A stretch of DNA of 64,000 nucleotides from the NCBI GenBank assembly GCA_046290465.1, contig JBKAGP010000001.1:4544001-4608000 (forward strand). Reading direction: 5' to 3'. This DNA comes from Planctomycetota bacterium (lineage in GTDB: Bacteria; Planctomycetota; UBA1135; UBA2386). Position 1 is the stretch's first letter. Each line of letters opens with the position of its first letter. A program made the position numbers and the translations under genes. This document shows, piece by piece, positions 28,104-37,668 of the stretch. The notes beneath the pieces were generated by a model that saw only the letters and a list, made by a program, of their open reading frames with translations, was not told the DNA's origin and did no database searches.

Positions 28104-31100
28104 ATGGACGATCTCACCCTCGCTGCGCGTTGCGCGCGCAGCCGTTCGCGTGCGTACCTGGCACGCCTCTCTTCCCTTGCGCAAGTCGCGACGCCGACGC
28201 GCGCGCTGCTGCTGACCCTCGCGACGGCCGCGGCGCTGCAGGCGCAGGAACCGCAGCTCGAACGAACGCTCGTGCGTTCGGATCGCGGTCCTGCCGTCGA
28301 GGAGATCGAACGCGCGGGGCCGCGGCTGCTGCGGCTCAACTATGCGACGTTCGATCCGCTGGTGGCGGATCCGGTCGAACCGGCGCTCGCCGGCGCGTCC
28401 AACCTCTACATCGTGCAGTTCGTCGGCCTGCCGACCGAGGACTGGCGAGCGGCGCTGCGGGCCAGCGGCGCGACGATCCATAGCTACCTGCCCGACCACG
28501 CCTACGTCGTGCGCATGCCGCAGGCGATCGCGCAGAAGGTCGGCCGCCTGCCGTTCGTGCGCTGGCTCGGCAGCTACGCGCCGGCGTTCCGCCTCGAGCC
28601 GCAGCTCGCGGCGGCGTTGGCGATGGGGGAGCCGCTGAAGAAGCAGCGCTACAACGTCGTGGTCTGCGACAAGCACGCCGACAAGCCGGCGCTGCAGGCG
28701 CGCATCCAGGCGATCGGCGGCACCGTCGACAACCTGCTCGAGGGCAGCATCCTGGTCGAGGCGACGCTCGACGCGGCACAGCTGCGCAAGGTCGCGGCGT
28801 TCGACGAGGTGCTGTGGATCGACGTCTGGACGCCGCCCGAACTCGACATGGACAACGCCCGCATCCAGGGCGGTGGCAACTTCGTCGAGTCGGTCGCCGG
28901 CTACACCGGTAGCGGCGTGCGCGGCCACATCTACGAAGGCGTCGAGTTCGGCCACCCCGACTTCAACACGCCGCTGACCGTCACGCAGAGCTGCAACAGC
29001 GCCGAACGGCACGGCCACTGCACCGCCGGCATCGTGTTCGGCAACGGCACCAGTGCGGCGCAGGCGCGCGGCATGGCGCCGGACGCGGTCGGGTTCTTCA
29101 CCAACTACAGCTGCGTCAACAGCGGCCTGTCGCGCAATGCGGTGATCAACGCGGTGGTCAACACCAACCAGTGCATGTTCACCACCGCGTCGTGGGGCAG
29201 CGGGCGCACGCGGTCGTACACGTCGATCTCGGCCGATGCCGACGACGTCGTGTTCGACCACCGAATCCCGTGGACGCAGTCGCAGTCGAACGCCGGCAAC
29301 CAGGACTCGCGTCCGCAGGCCTGGGCCAAGAACGTCATCTCGATCGGCGGGGTCGACCACTTCAACGACAGCAACGCGGCCAACGACTCGTGGCTGGCGG
29401 GCAACGGCTCGACCGGCCCGGCATCGGATGGCCGCATCAAGCCGGATCTGTGCGCCTACTACGACTCGATCTGGGCGTCGGACCTGACCGGCGCGGCCGG
29501 CTACTCGTCGGGCAACTCGACGACCGGCTTCGGCGGCACGTCGGGCGCGACCCCGATCGTCGCGGGCCACAACGCGCTGCTGGTGCAGATGTACACCGAC
29601 GACCTGTTCGGCAACGGCCCGCGCGTGGTCGGCGGCTCGCGCTTCCAGAACCGTCCGTTCGCGCAGACGCTCAAGGCGCTGCAGATCGTCGGCGCGAGGC
29701 CCTACGCGTTCACGGCGTCGAGCACCGACAACCGCCGCGAACACCAGGGCTGGGGCTTCCCGAGTCTGCAGGACCTCTACGAGAGCCGGGCGGCGGCCTA
29801 CGTCGTGCCCGAGGACGACGTGCTGACGCAGGGGCAGACGGCCGCGCACACGATCGCGGTCGGCAGCGGCACGCCGCGGCTCAAGGTCTGCATGACGTTC
29901 GTCGAGCCGGCGGGCAACCCGGCGGCGACGCTGGCGATCGTCAACAACCTCGACCTGCGGGTGACGTCGCCGACCGGCACGGTCTACTGGGGCAACAACG
30001 GCCTCAACAGCGGCAACACGTCGACGGCCGGCGGTTCGGCCAACACGATCGACTCCGTCGAGTGCGTGTTCGTCGACAGTCCGGCGGCAGGCAACTGGAC
30101 CGTCGAGGTCATCGCGCAGGCGATCGTGACCGACGCGCACGTGGCGACCGGCGCGACCGACGCGAGCTACGCGCTGGCCGTGCTCGGCGGCACCGGCACG
30201 CCCGGCGGCGGCGGCGGTGGCCCGGGTCCGGTGATCGACGCGGCCAGCTTCGAGACCGGCTTCGACAGCTGGAGCAACGCCAGCGGTGACGACCTCGACT
30301 GGACGCGCCGTTCGGGAACGACCCCGTCGGTCGACACCGGACCGACCGCGGCGCAGGAGGGCAACACCTACGTCTACGTCGAGTCGTCGGGCAGTGGCAC
30401 CGGCTACCCGACCAAGACGGCGATCCTCGACGGCCCGACGATCTCGATGTCCGGCACCGAACAGATCGTCTTCCACTACCACATGTACGGCGCGTCGATG
30501 GGCACGCTGCAGCTGCAGGCGGTGTCCTCAACGGGCGGCGTCACCAACGTGTGGTCGCGCACCGGCGACCAGGGCAACAGTTGGTTCCAGGCGACGGTCG
30601 ACCTGTCGTCGCTCGGCGGCGCGCAGCAGCTGCGGTTCGTCGCGACCACCGGCACCAGCTGGCAGAGCGACTTCGCGGTCGACAACATCGTGATCACCGG
30701 TGACGGTTCGATCGGTGGTGGCGGCGGGGGTGCGAGCCTCGACGTCGACTTCGAAGCCGGCTTCGGCGGGCTCGCCAACGTCGCCGGCGACACGCACGAC
30801 TGGACCCGCAACTCGGGCGGCACGCCGAGCAACAACACCGGCCCGACCGGCGCGGCGGAGGGCACGTGGTATGCGTACGTCGAGGCGTCGTCGCCCAACA
30901 TCGGCACCAACGCCAAGCTCGACTCGGGGCTGCTGCCGTTCGCTGGCGGCGAGACGCTGACGTTCCGCTACCACATGTTCGGCGGCACGATGGGCACGCT
31001 CAACGTGCAGGCGGTCAGTTCGTCCGGCGCGGTGACGACGCTGTGGTCGCGCACCGGCGACCAGGGCAACGTCTGGCAGACGGCGAACGTGCCGCTGACC

Positions 31101-31667
31101 CTGAGCGGGGACTACCGGATCCGTTTCGACGCGCAACTCGGCAGCAGCTGGGAGAGCGACATCTGCATCGACTCGGTGTCGATCGGGACTGGTGGTGGTG
31201 GCGGTGGCGCCAGCTTCGCTGCCAACATGGAGTCCGGCTTCGGGGCGCTCGCCAACGAGACCGGCGATACGCACGAGTGGAGCCGCAATTCGGGCGGCAC
31301 GCCGAGCTCCAACACCGGCCCGAGCGGCGCGGTCGAGGGTTCGTGGTATGCCTACGTCGAGGCGTCGTCGCCCAACATCGGCACCAACGCGCGGCTCGCG
31401 ACCGGTCTGCTCGACTTCGACGGTACCGAGACGTTGACGTTCCGCTACCACATGTTCGGCGGCACGATGGGCACGCTCAACGTGCAGGCGGTCAGTTCGT
31501 CGGGCGCGGTGACCACGCTGTGGACGCGTTCTGGCGATCAGGGTGACGTCTGGCAGGCGGCCAGCATCCCGATCACGCTGACCGGCAGCTACCGGATCCG
31601 CTTCGATGCGCAACTCGGCAGCAGCTGGGAGAGCGACATCTGCATCGACGACGTCGTGCTGCAGTAG
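28104..31667 (+). CDS. Secreted S8 (subtilase) serine peptidase with propeptide, PPC-like domain and three C-terminal MAM domains
   Basis: HGHCTAG (His), GPASDGRIKPDL, FGGTSGATP (Ser), NNLDLRV. Three MAM-like units DWTR.SG.TPS..TGP..A.EG..Y.YVE.S / F.YHM.G..MGTL / WSR.GDQGN.W / SD..VD. Confidence 0.88.
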   Translation: MDDLTLAARCARSRSRAYLARLSSLAQVATPTRALLLTLATAAALQAQEPQLERTLVRSDRGPAVEEIERAGPRLLRLNYATFDPLVADPVEPALAGASNLYIVQFVGLPTEDWRAALRASGATIHSYLPDHAYVVRMPQAIAQKVGRLPFVRWLGSYAPAFRLEPQLAAALAMGEPLKKQRYNVVVCDKHADKPALQARIQAIGGTVDNLLEGSILVEATLDAAQLRKVAAFDEVLWIDVWTPPELDMDNARIQGGGNFVESVAGYTGSGVRGHIYEGVEFGHPDFNTPLTVTQSCNSAERHGHCTAGIVFGNGTSAAQARGMAPDAVGFFTNYSCVNSGLSRNAVINAVVNTNQCMFTTASWGSGRTRSYTSISADADDVVFDHRIPWTQSQSNAGNQDSRPQAWAKNVISIGGVDHFNDSNAANDSWLAGNGSTGPASDGRIKPDLCAYYDSIWASDLTGAAGYSSGNSTTGFGGTSGATPIVAGHNALLVQMYTDDLFGNGPRVVGGSRFQNRPFAQTLKALQIVGARPYAFTASSTDNRREHQGWGFPSLQDLYESRAAAYVVPEDDVLTQGQTAAHTIAVGSGTPRLKVCMTFVEPAGNPAATLAIVNNLDLRVTSPTGTVYWGNNGLNSGNTSTAGGSANTIDSVECVFVDSPAAGNWTVEVIAQAIVTDAHVATGATDASYALAVLGGTGTPGGGGGGPGPVIDAASFETGFDSWSNASGDDLDWTRRSGTTPSVDTGPTAAQEGNTYVYVESSGSGTGYPTKTAILDGPTISMSGTEQIVFHYHMYGASMGTLQLQAVSSTGGVTNVWSRTGDQGNSWFQATVDLSSLGGAQQLRFVATTGTSWQSDFAVDNIVITGDGSIGGGGGGASLDVDFEAGFGGLANVAGDTHDWTRNSGGTPSNNTGPTGAAEGTWYAYVEASSPNIGTNAKLDSGLLPFAGGETLTFRYHMFGGTMGTLNVQAVSSSGAVTTLWSRTGDQGNVWQTANVPLTLSGDYRIRFDAQLGSSWESDICIDSVSIGTGGGGGGASFAANMESGFGALANETGDTHEWSRNSGGTPSSNTGPSGAVEGSWYAYVEASSPNIGTNARLATGLLDFDGTETLTFRYHMFGGTMGTLNVQAVSSSGAVTTLWTRSGDQGDVWQAASIPITLTGSYRIRFDAQLGSSWESDICIDDVVLQ

Positions 31668-31683
31668 CGTGCGTGCCGCGCGC

Positions 31684-31715
31684 CCGAGCGACGAGGGCGA
31701 ACCCTCGTCGTTCGG
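31684..31715. terminator. Stem-loop after the peptidase gene
   Basis: CCGAGCGACGAGGG-cgaa-CCCTCGTCGTTCGG (14-bp stem with one G-T pair) between convergent genes. Confidence 0.6.
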
Positions 31716-31760
31716 TGCGGTGGCGCAGGATGAACCGGGTTCGGTATGCGGTGGTTGGGG
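31715..31760 (+). repeat. 46-bp direct repeat, copy 1 (REP-like)
   Basis: GTGCGGTGGCGCAGGATGAACCGGGTTCGGTATGCGGTGGTTGGGG, identical to 33461-33506. Confidence 0.95.
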
Positions 31761-31769
31761 CGCGCGACG

Positions 31770-33458
31770 TCAGCGCTTCATGCGGAACACTTCGACGGAC
31801 GCTTCGGTTCTCTGCGGGGTGATGCGCTCGACGGCCAGGCCACCGAAGACGGTCTGCATGTTGCCGACGGCTGCGCGCATCTCGTCGTCGATGGCAGTGC
31901 GCAGGATGTAGACGTGCTGCAGGTCGCCGCGATTGGCGAGCACCTGGAGGTCGGCGCGACGTCGATCGAAGCCGGCTGGAGTCAGGGCGGCGTGGCCATG
32001 GAGGATGAGGTGTTGCGCGGGCGTTCCGACCCAGAGCGTCGTTCCGGGCTCGCCGGGCAGCAAGGCCGTCAGGGCATCGAGTTCGTTGGTCAGGGCGGTG
32101 ATGTGCGACGGGGAGACGCTGGTGCCCCTCGCCATGCCCGCGATGCGAATCCCGCATCCCGCGACGATCAGCGCGGCCAGGACGGTCGAGGCGCGGCGAC
32201 CGAGCCAGCGGAAGACCAGCAGGGGAAGCAGGGCCGTCGACCACGCAAGCGGCAAGAACAGGCGGACGGCGTTGGGTTCGCGAACGTCCCCGTAGAACCA
32301 CGCGAGGGCGATGCCGGTCGAGCCGAGGACCGTGCCTGCGACCAGCCAGTCGGCTGCCTGCATCCCGGACTTGCGGATGCGTAGTGCCAGCGCGATCGCT
32401 CCGGCCATGGACAGCCATGCCGGGAACGGGCTGGTCGGCGACGGCGAGAACAACGCGCCGAGCAGCGGTCCCAAGTGATCCACGACATGGCTTAGGCCGA
32501 CCAGCGATGCTCCGTCCGCCTCCGGGTAGAACTTGGGGTTTCGGGAGTGGTAGAGCAGGAGGATCACCGGGAGCAGCAGGGCCGGAGTGCATGCCAGCAT
32601 CGCGGTCCCGGTGCGGTTCGGTCGGTATCGCTTGCGCACCGCGACGAACACGAACGCCGCGATGCCCCCGCTCGCGAGCAGCGACTCGTATCGCGACTGG
32701 GCCAGCAGCATCAGGGCGGCCAACAGCCAGCAGAAGTGGCCGTTCGTCGGGCGTTCCAGGAACGTGATCGCTGCGAACAGTGCGATGGCCAGCCACGCCG
32801 AAGCCATCAGGTCGAAGCCCGCGGACGTTGCCGAGGCCGCGATCGCCGGAACCGTCGCGATGCACGCTGGTGCGAGGAATGCGCAGAGTCGTCCGGCGCG
32901 TGCCGCCACGAACCGGAAGGTGGCCGTCATGCCGACCGTCAGGAGGATGCCGTTGACCCAGAAACCGTTCTCGATGCGAAAGCCGGTCACCCGGTGCAGC
33001 AGGTGCACCAGGAAGGCGAACAGAGGTGGGCGCTTGTCGGTCGTGTTCTCGCGGGCGAAGACTTCTCCTTCGACGGGCAGGGCGCCCGTCGTGACGACGC
33101 AGGCGTGGTGCTCGTGCATCGACTTGGAGGCCCCGAGGATCGAGGTCTCGTCGAACTGGATGCGGAGTTCGGGCGGCAGCAACGCGAACAGCAGCGCGGT
33201 GATCGCGGCCGAGTAGAGCAGGCCCGGCAGGACTTGCGCGGCACATGCCCGAAGGCTCTCGTGCCGTTCGCGCCACGCCGCTGCCATCCCGGTTGCGACG
33301 AATGCGAGTACTGCTGGCATCGACCAGAACAGCAGCCGCGCGAGCCAGAGCTCGTAGTCAGCTTCGGCTCGCGTCGTGGCGGCGACGAGCAGCGCGGCAG
33401 CGGCCGTCAGCGCGGCGGTGACGAACACATGCCTCCAGCCGTGGTGAGCGCGGATCAT
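31770..33458 (-). CDS. Polytopic membrane protein, probable GT-C fold glycosyltransferase (ArnT/PMT-like)
   Basis: Many TM helices. Acidic FDE motif in the first large loop, followed by DKRPPLF; RYES motif. More A/T-ending codons than neighbouring genes. Confidence 0.7.
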   Translation of the reverse strand: MIRAHHGWRHVFVTAALTAAAALLVAATTRAEADYELWLARLLFWSMPAVLAFVATGMAAAWRERHESLRACAAQVLPGLLYSAAITALLFALLPPELRIQFDETSILGASKSMHEHHACVVTTGALPVEGEVFARENTTDKRPPLFAFLVHLLHRVTGFRIENGFWVNGILLTVGMTATFRFVAARAGRLCAFLAPACIATVPAIAASATSAGFDLMASAWLAIALFAAITFLERPTNGHFCWLLAALMLLAQSRYESLLASGGIAAFVFVAVRKRYRPNRTGTAMLACTPALLLPVILLLYHSRNPKFYPEADGASLVGLSHVVDHLGPLLGALFSPSPTSPFPAWLSMAGAIALALRIRKSGMQAADWLVAGTVLGSTGIALAWFYGDVREPNAVRLFLPLAWSTALLPLLVFRWLGRRASTVLAALIVAGCGIRIAGMARGTSVSPSHITALTNELDALTALLPGEPGTTLWVGTPAQHLILHGHAALTPAGFDRRRADLQVLANRGDLQHVYILRTAIDDEMRAAVGNMQTVFGGLAVERITPQRTEASVEVFRMKR

Positions 33459-33460
33459 GC

Positions 33461-33506
33461 GTGCGGTGGCGCAGGATGAACCGGGTTCGGTATGCGGTGG
33501 TTGGGG
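33461..33506 (+). repeat. 46-bp direct repeat, copy 2 (REP-like)
   Basis: Identical to 31715-31760; fills nearly all of the 52-nt gap between two co-oriented genes. Confidence 0.95.
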
Positions 33507-33510
33507 GAGG

Positions 33511-35214
33511 TCAGCGGGTGGAGGGGCGCCAGGTGATGACGTCGAAGGCGCGGGTGGCGGGGCCGGATACCGATTCGTAGCCGGCGACCAGTTCGTCGCC
33601 CGGGAGTTGGTCCAGCTGTGCCTTCTGCAGCAGGATCAGGCGCCATTGGGTGGGGTCGCGCAGCTCGATGTCGGCCTTGGGCTTGCGTTCGCCGAGCGGT
33701 TGGTCGGAGACGCGAGACAGGAAGCCGGAGATCAGGCCGAAGACGCGCTCGAGGTCGAACACGGTGTCCTCGTCCTCGAACAGCAGCTTGCGCATCATGC
33801 GCACGCCTTCGGCGGTCTCGAGCTTGGGCGCGGGCGGGACGTTCTCGTAGAGCTCGGCGACGTGGTCCTCGTCGCGGACCAGGACCAGGTCGTCGGCGCC
33901 TTCGCGCACGAACGCGCCGCGCGCCGAGATCCGCGCCTCGCTGACCATGTTGGTGAAGCGTTCGATCAGTTCGTCCTGACGGCTCAGCAGCGACAGCAGC
34001 GGTGGGATCCGCAGCGTGATCGTGCGGCGCCACTTCGGCTTCTTGGCGAAGCCGTCCTCTTCGCTCGGGTAGCCGACCGCGCGCACGTCGATGTCGGTCG
34101 AGCTGACCAGGGCCAGCACGGCGGTCGCGATGCCCGGAACCTGCACGCGGAACGTCAGCAGGTCCTTGCGGTCGTCCTCGTCGAGGTCGACCAGCAGCAG
34201 GGCGGTGACGTCGTCGGCGACCGCCTGGGTGCGCGCCTTCTCGAACTGCGGGCCGCTGGCGTTGCCGAGGAACGTCCAGAGCTTGCGGCGGTGGGCGATG
34301 ACGTAGTCCGGGATGCCGTCGCCGTTGATGTCGCCGCGCTGCATCTGCTGGTTGTCGCTGAGCACGGCGGTGCGGCCGAAGTCGACCGCGGCCTTGGGCG
34401 TGCTGTCGACGAACTGCGACACGTCGATCGTGATCGGCTTCTCGAACGAGCCGTCGCCGCGCTGCATGTGGAACGCGCGCACGTCACCCTCGCGGGTCAG
34501 CATGTCGGGCCGACCGTCGCCGTTGAGGTCCTCGGTCTGGATCTGCGGGATCCGCACGCTGCCGACCAGCTCCTGGTCGAGGCCGCGGCTGCCCGGGTCG
34601 ATCGTGACCGCGACCTGCACGCTGACCGGCGGCAGCCGCACGAAGTCCGGCGCGCCGTCGGCGCCGAGCTTCTCCTGGAAGTACGGCACGACGCCGTCGA
34701 GCGTCGGGATCATCAGGTCCAGCTTGCCGTCCTCGTTGAGGTCGAGCACGAACGGCGAGAACTGCGGCTGGTCGACGCGCACGGTGAAGCGGCCGCGGCG
34801 GGCCAGCACGACCGGGTCCGAGCCGTCCCAGCGGTGGCTGGCTGTGCGTCGCGGGTTGCAGATCACGACCTCGTCGCCGGGTGTCGCCAGCAGGTCGGCC
34901 AGCGCGACCAGCGTGTGGGCCGGCGTCTCGATCGCGATCTCGCCGCGCGGCTGCCAGCCGTCGTCGGCGAGGCCGTGCCGGGACAGCCGGTCGGCGCGCA
35001 GCACGATCAGCTCCTGACGGCCGTCGCCGTCGGTGTCGACGAAGCGCTGGTCGATCGTGTCGGGCACCTCGACGCTGGCGACGACGCGGCCCGTCGATGC
35101 AGCGCGCGGGGGCGAGGGTTGCTGCGCGACGAGGCAGGCGGCCAGGCAGGCGGCCAGGCAGGCTGGCAGGAAGGCTGGCAGCATCGCGAACGGGCGGAGC
35201 TTGGCGGCGTTCAT
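33511..35214 (-). CDS. Secreted FG-GAP/VCBS repeat protein
   Basis: Signal peptide; Ca-binding repeats DTDGDGRQEL, DLNEDGKLDL, DLNGDGRPDM, DINGDGIPDY, DLDEDDRKDL. ATGA overlap with the upstream gene. Confidence 0.85.
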   Translation of the reverse strand: MNAAKLRPFAMLPAFLPACLAACLAACLVAQQPSPPRAASTGRVVASVEVPDTIDQRFVDTDGDGRQELIVLRADRLSRHGLADDGWQPRGEIAIETPAHTLVALADLLATPGDEVVICNPRRTASHRWDGSDPVVLARRGRFTVRVDQPQFSPFVLDLNEDGKLDLMIPTLDGVVPYFQEKLGADGAPDFVRLPPVSVQVAVTIDPGSRGLDQELVGSVRIPQIQTEDLNGDGRPDMLTREGDVRAFHMQRGDGSFEKPITIDVSQFVDSTPKAAVDFGRTAVLSDNQQMQRGDINGDGIPDYVIAHRRKLWTFLGNASGPQFEKARTQAVADDVTALLLVDLDEDDRKDLLTFRVQVPGIATAVLALVSSTDIDVRAVGYPSEEDGFAKKPKWRRTITLRIPPLLSLLSRQDELIERFTNMVSEARISARGAFVREGADDLVLVRDEDHVAELYENVPPAPKLETAEGVRMMRKLLFEDEDTVFDLERVFGLISGFLSRVSDQPLGERKPKADIELRDPTQWRLILLQKAQLDQLPGDELVAGYESVSGPATRAFDVITWRPSTR

Positions 35215-36686
35215 CGGCGGAACCTCACGTGGCGGACCTCGCGTTCGGTCACCAGCAGCAGGTCGTCGCCGAAGCGGTCGGCGACCTGGATGCGGGTCGC
35301 GTCGGGGACCTCGGTGGACGCGTCGGCGTCGGCCATGCGCAGCTGGTCCCCGCGCCGGGACAGCAGCCGGCGTTCGAGCCTGCCGCCGACGTGGATCAGC
35401 ACGTCGCCGGGGAAGCCCTTGCGTCCCGGCCGCACCCGCAAGAACGGCTGGCGCAGTTCGCGGCTGCCGGCCTCGAGCTGCAGCGCGGCGTTGAGGGTGG
35501 GCGGCTTGCGGAACTGCTTGCCGTCGTTGCCGAACACCGTCAGCTGCGCGTCGAGCGTGCGCTTCTCCGAGCCGGTGAAGTCGCGCATCGAGCCGGTGCG
35601 GATCGAGACGCACACCAGGTCGTCGCGGCCGTCGCCGTCGACGTCGACGATCTGCGGCGGCTGGCCGAGCGGCTGCAGGCGCAGGCGCGCGTCGTGGCGC
35701 TGCGGCCAGCCGCCGTCGGCCTGGGTCGAGAACAGGTCGATGCGCGCCTCGACCTCGTCGTCGCGCTTGGCCGACGTGGTCAGCAGCAGGTCGCGGCGGC
35801 CGTCGCCGTCGACGTCGGGCCACTGCACGTCGAACGACGGGTCGAGCAGCTGCAGTCGGTTCTCCGGCAGCGGCAGGTCGCGCCGGATCGTGGTGAGCTG
35901 CGCGGGCTGCTGCTGCGCGCCGACGAACAGCGCGCCGTTGCGGAACGTCACCAGGTCGTCGCGGCCGTCGCCGTCGAAGTCGACGACCGAACACGGCGGC
36001 GTGCGCGCCGACGTGCGGACCAGCGTGCCGGCGGCGTTGCCCGGCCGGCCGTTGGCGATGCGCAGTTCGAGGCCGCCGCCGCCCGAGCTGGCGCCGCGGC
36101 CACCGACCGCGTCGCGGATGCGGTCGCGCCACGCCGGCAGGTCGAGGCGCTGCATCACGAACCTGCCGCGTCCGGTCTGGAACCACGCGGTCCACGAATC
36201 GGGGCCGGGCAGCAGCAGGTCTTCGCGGCCGTCGCCGTCGAAGTCGGCGACGGCATCGGGCAGCGGGATCGCGCGCTCCGAGGAAGCGGCCGGCCAGACC
36301 AGCGGGTGCCGGAACAACGGTCGGTAGTCGGGCGAGCCGTCGGGCTTGCGCAGCACGACCGCGGCGTTGGTCGCGCCGAGCAGGACCAGTTCGCGGCCCG
36401 GCTGGTCGTCGCAGTCGCAGAAGGTGAACGCGACGATGCTCTTGTCCAGCGGCGCCTGCTGCGACGGCGTCGGCACGAACGCCGGGCCGCGGGCCTGCCG
36501 CAGGTGCACCTGCACGCGGCGCTCGCCGCTCTGACGGTTGCGACACGCCAGCACCAGGTCGGTGCGGCCGTCGAGGTCGATGTCCTGCATCACCGCGTCG
36601 GTGGCGACGAAGGCGTCGGGCAACTGCACCGTCGCGACCTTGGGATCCTGCGGCGCCAGCGCCGTGAGCAACGCGAGCGCGATCAT
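35211..36686 (-). CDS. Secreted FG-GAP/VCBS repeat protein
   Basis: MIALALLTALAPQD signal; DIDLDGRTDL, DFDGDGREDL, DFDGDGRDDL, DVDGDGRRDL, DVDGDGRDDL. Confidence 0.85.
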   Translation of the reverse strand: MIALALLTALAPQDPKVATVQLPDAFVATDAVMQDIDLDGRTDLVLACRNRQSGERRVQVHLRQARGPAFVPTPSQQAPLDKSIVAFTFCDCDDQPGRELVLLGATNAAVVLRKPDGSPDYRPLFRHPLVWPAASSERAIPLPDAVADFDGDGREDLLLPGPDSWTAWFQTGRGRFVMQRLDLPAWRDRIRDAVGGRGASSGGGGLELRIANGRPGNAAGTLVRTSARTPPCSVVDFDGDGRDDLVTFRNGALFVGAQQQPAQLTTIRRDLPLPENRLQLLDPSFDVQWPDVDGDGRRDLLLTTSAKRDDEVEARIDLFSTQADGGWPQRHDARLRLQPLGQPPQIVDVDGDGRDDLVCVSIRTGSMRDFTGSEKRTLDAQLTVFGNDGKQFRKPPTLNAALQLEAGSRELRQPFLRVRPGRKGFPGDVLIHVGGRLERRLLSRRGDQLRMADADASTEVPDATRIQVADRFGDDLLLVTEREVRHVRFRR

Positions 36687-37663
36687 TCGCCCGCCTCCAG
36701 CAGTTCGTCGGCGTCGCCGCCGCCGAAGCCGATCAGCCACAGCAGCCGGAACCGCCACGCGGCCTGGGTGCTGCGGTAGTTGAACAGGCCGAGCAAGAAC
36801 GACCACTCGCTGCGGCCGCGCTCGGACTCGTAGCTGAAGATCAGCGGCAGCGAGACCTCGGTGGTCTCGGTAGCGCGATGGGTCAGGCTGGCCGCGACCG
36901 TGCGCCGTTCGCCGTCGCGCACGTAGGTGACGTCGAGCGTGTCGCGTTCGCTATCGCGCGCGATCGTCAGCAGCTGCTGCGGGTGGGCCAGCGGTTGCTC
37001 GTCGAGCGCGACGATCAGGTCCTCGAAGCGCAGGCCCGCGCGCCGCCACGGGCTCTTCGCCGACATGCCGACGATCACGGCGCCGGCACCCGGGCCGAGC
37101 CCCGCGTCGCGCGCCTCGACCTCGGTCGCGGTGCGCACGACGACGCCGATGCGCTGCTCCTCGCGGTAGCGCTCGGTCAGCTCGCGCGCGGCCGGCTGCA
37201 GCCGCTCGACCAGCGTCAGTTCGGTCTCGGCTTCGCGGCCGGCGCGATCGACGAACATCGTGACCCTGGTGCCGGGTTTCGCGTCGAGCTCGAGTTGCCG
37301 CCACTGGCTCGGCGTGCCGATCGTGCGCGCCTCGCCGCCGTCGACCTCGACCTCGAGCAGCAGGTCGCCGACCTGCAGGCCGGCGCGCGCGGCGGGCGAG
37401 TTCTCGACGATGCGCTCGACGACCACCGACTCGGGATCGTTGAGCTTCTGCTCGAGGGTCTCGCGCGCGTCGCGCAGGTAGATCCCGGAGAACGTGCCGG
37501 CGGGCATCGTCGTGCGCCGCGCCTCGTCGTTGGGCTCGGTGCGCAGGTCGAGCGGCTCCTCCATGTCGGCGAGGGCCGGCGACTGCTCGGGCAGGTCGGG
37601 GGACAGCGAGCACGCGCCGAACGGCAGCGCGAGCAGCGCGAGGGGGAGGACGGTTCGCAGCAT
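36683..37663 (-). CDS. Lipoprotein with two PDZ domains and an aromatic beta-rich C-terminus
   Basis: Lipobox PFGAC; IVENSPAARAGLQVGDLL and MSAKSPWRRAGLRFEDLI; tail LPLIFSY..WSFLLGLFNY..WRFRLLWLIGF. Confidence 0.8.
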   Translation of the reverse strand: MLRTVLPLALLALPFGACSLSPDLPEQSPALADMEEPLDLRTEPNDEARRTTMPAGTFSGIYLRDARETLEQKLNDPESVVVERIVENSPAARAGLQVGDLLLEVEVDGGEARTIGTPSQWRQLELDAKPGTRVTMFVDRAGREAETELTLVERLQPAARELTERYREEQRIGVVVRTATEVEARDAGLGPGAGAVIVGMSAKSPWRRAGLRFEDLIVALDEQPLAHPQQLLTIARDSERDTLDVTYVRDGERRTVAASLTHRATETTEVSLPLIFSYESERGRSEWSFLLGLFNYRSTQAAWRFRLLWLIGFGGGDADELLEAGE

Positions 37664-37668
37664 CGGGC

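Noticed and set aside
27612..33506. REP-like repeats as a CRISPR array
   Set aside because: Copies are dispersed, in mixed orientation and separated by whole genes rather than 25-45 nt spacers; no cas genes are visible.
31715..33506. Classical integron attC sites
   Set aside because: No RYYYAAC...GTTRRRY box pair enclosing the hairpin and no intI in the window; the structure fits a GTGG-REP better.
35130..35182. 12-bp degenerate repeats in the FG-GAP signal peptide (LPAF/LPAC/LAAC) and the 15-bp duplication at 43366-43395
   Set aside because: In-frame slippage in low-constraint regions; no sign of function.
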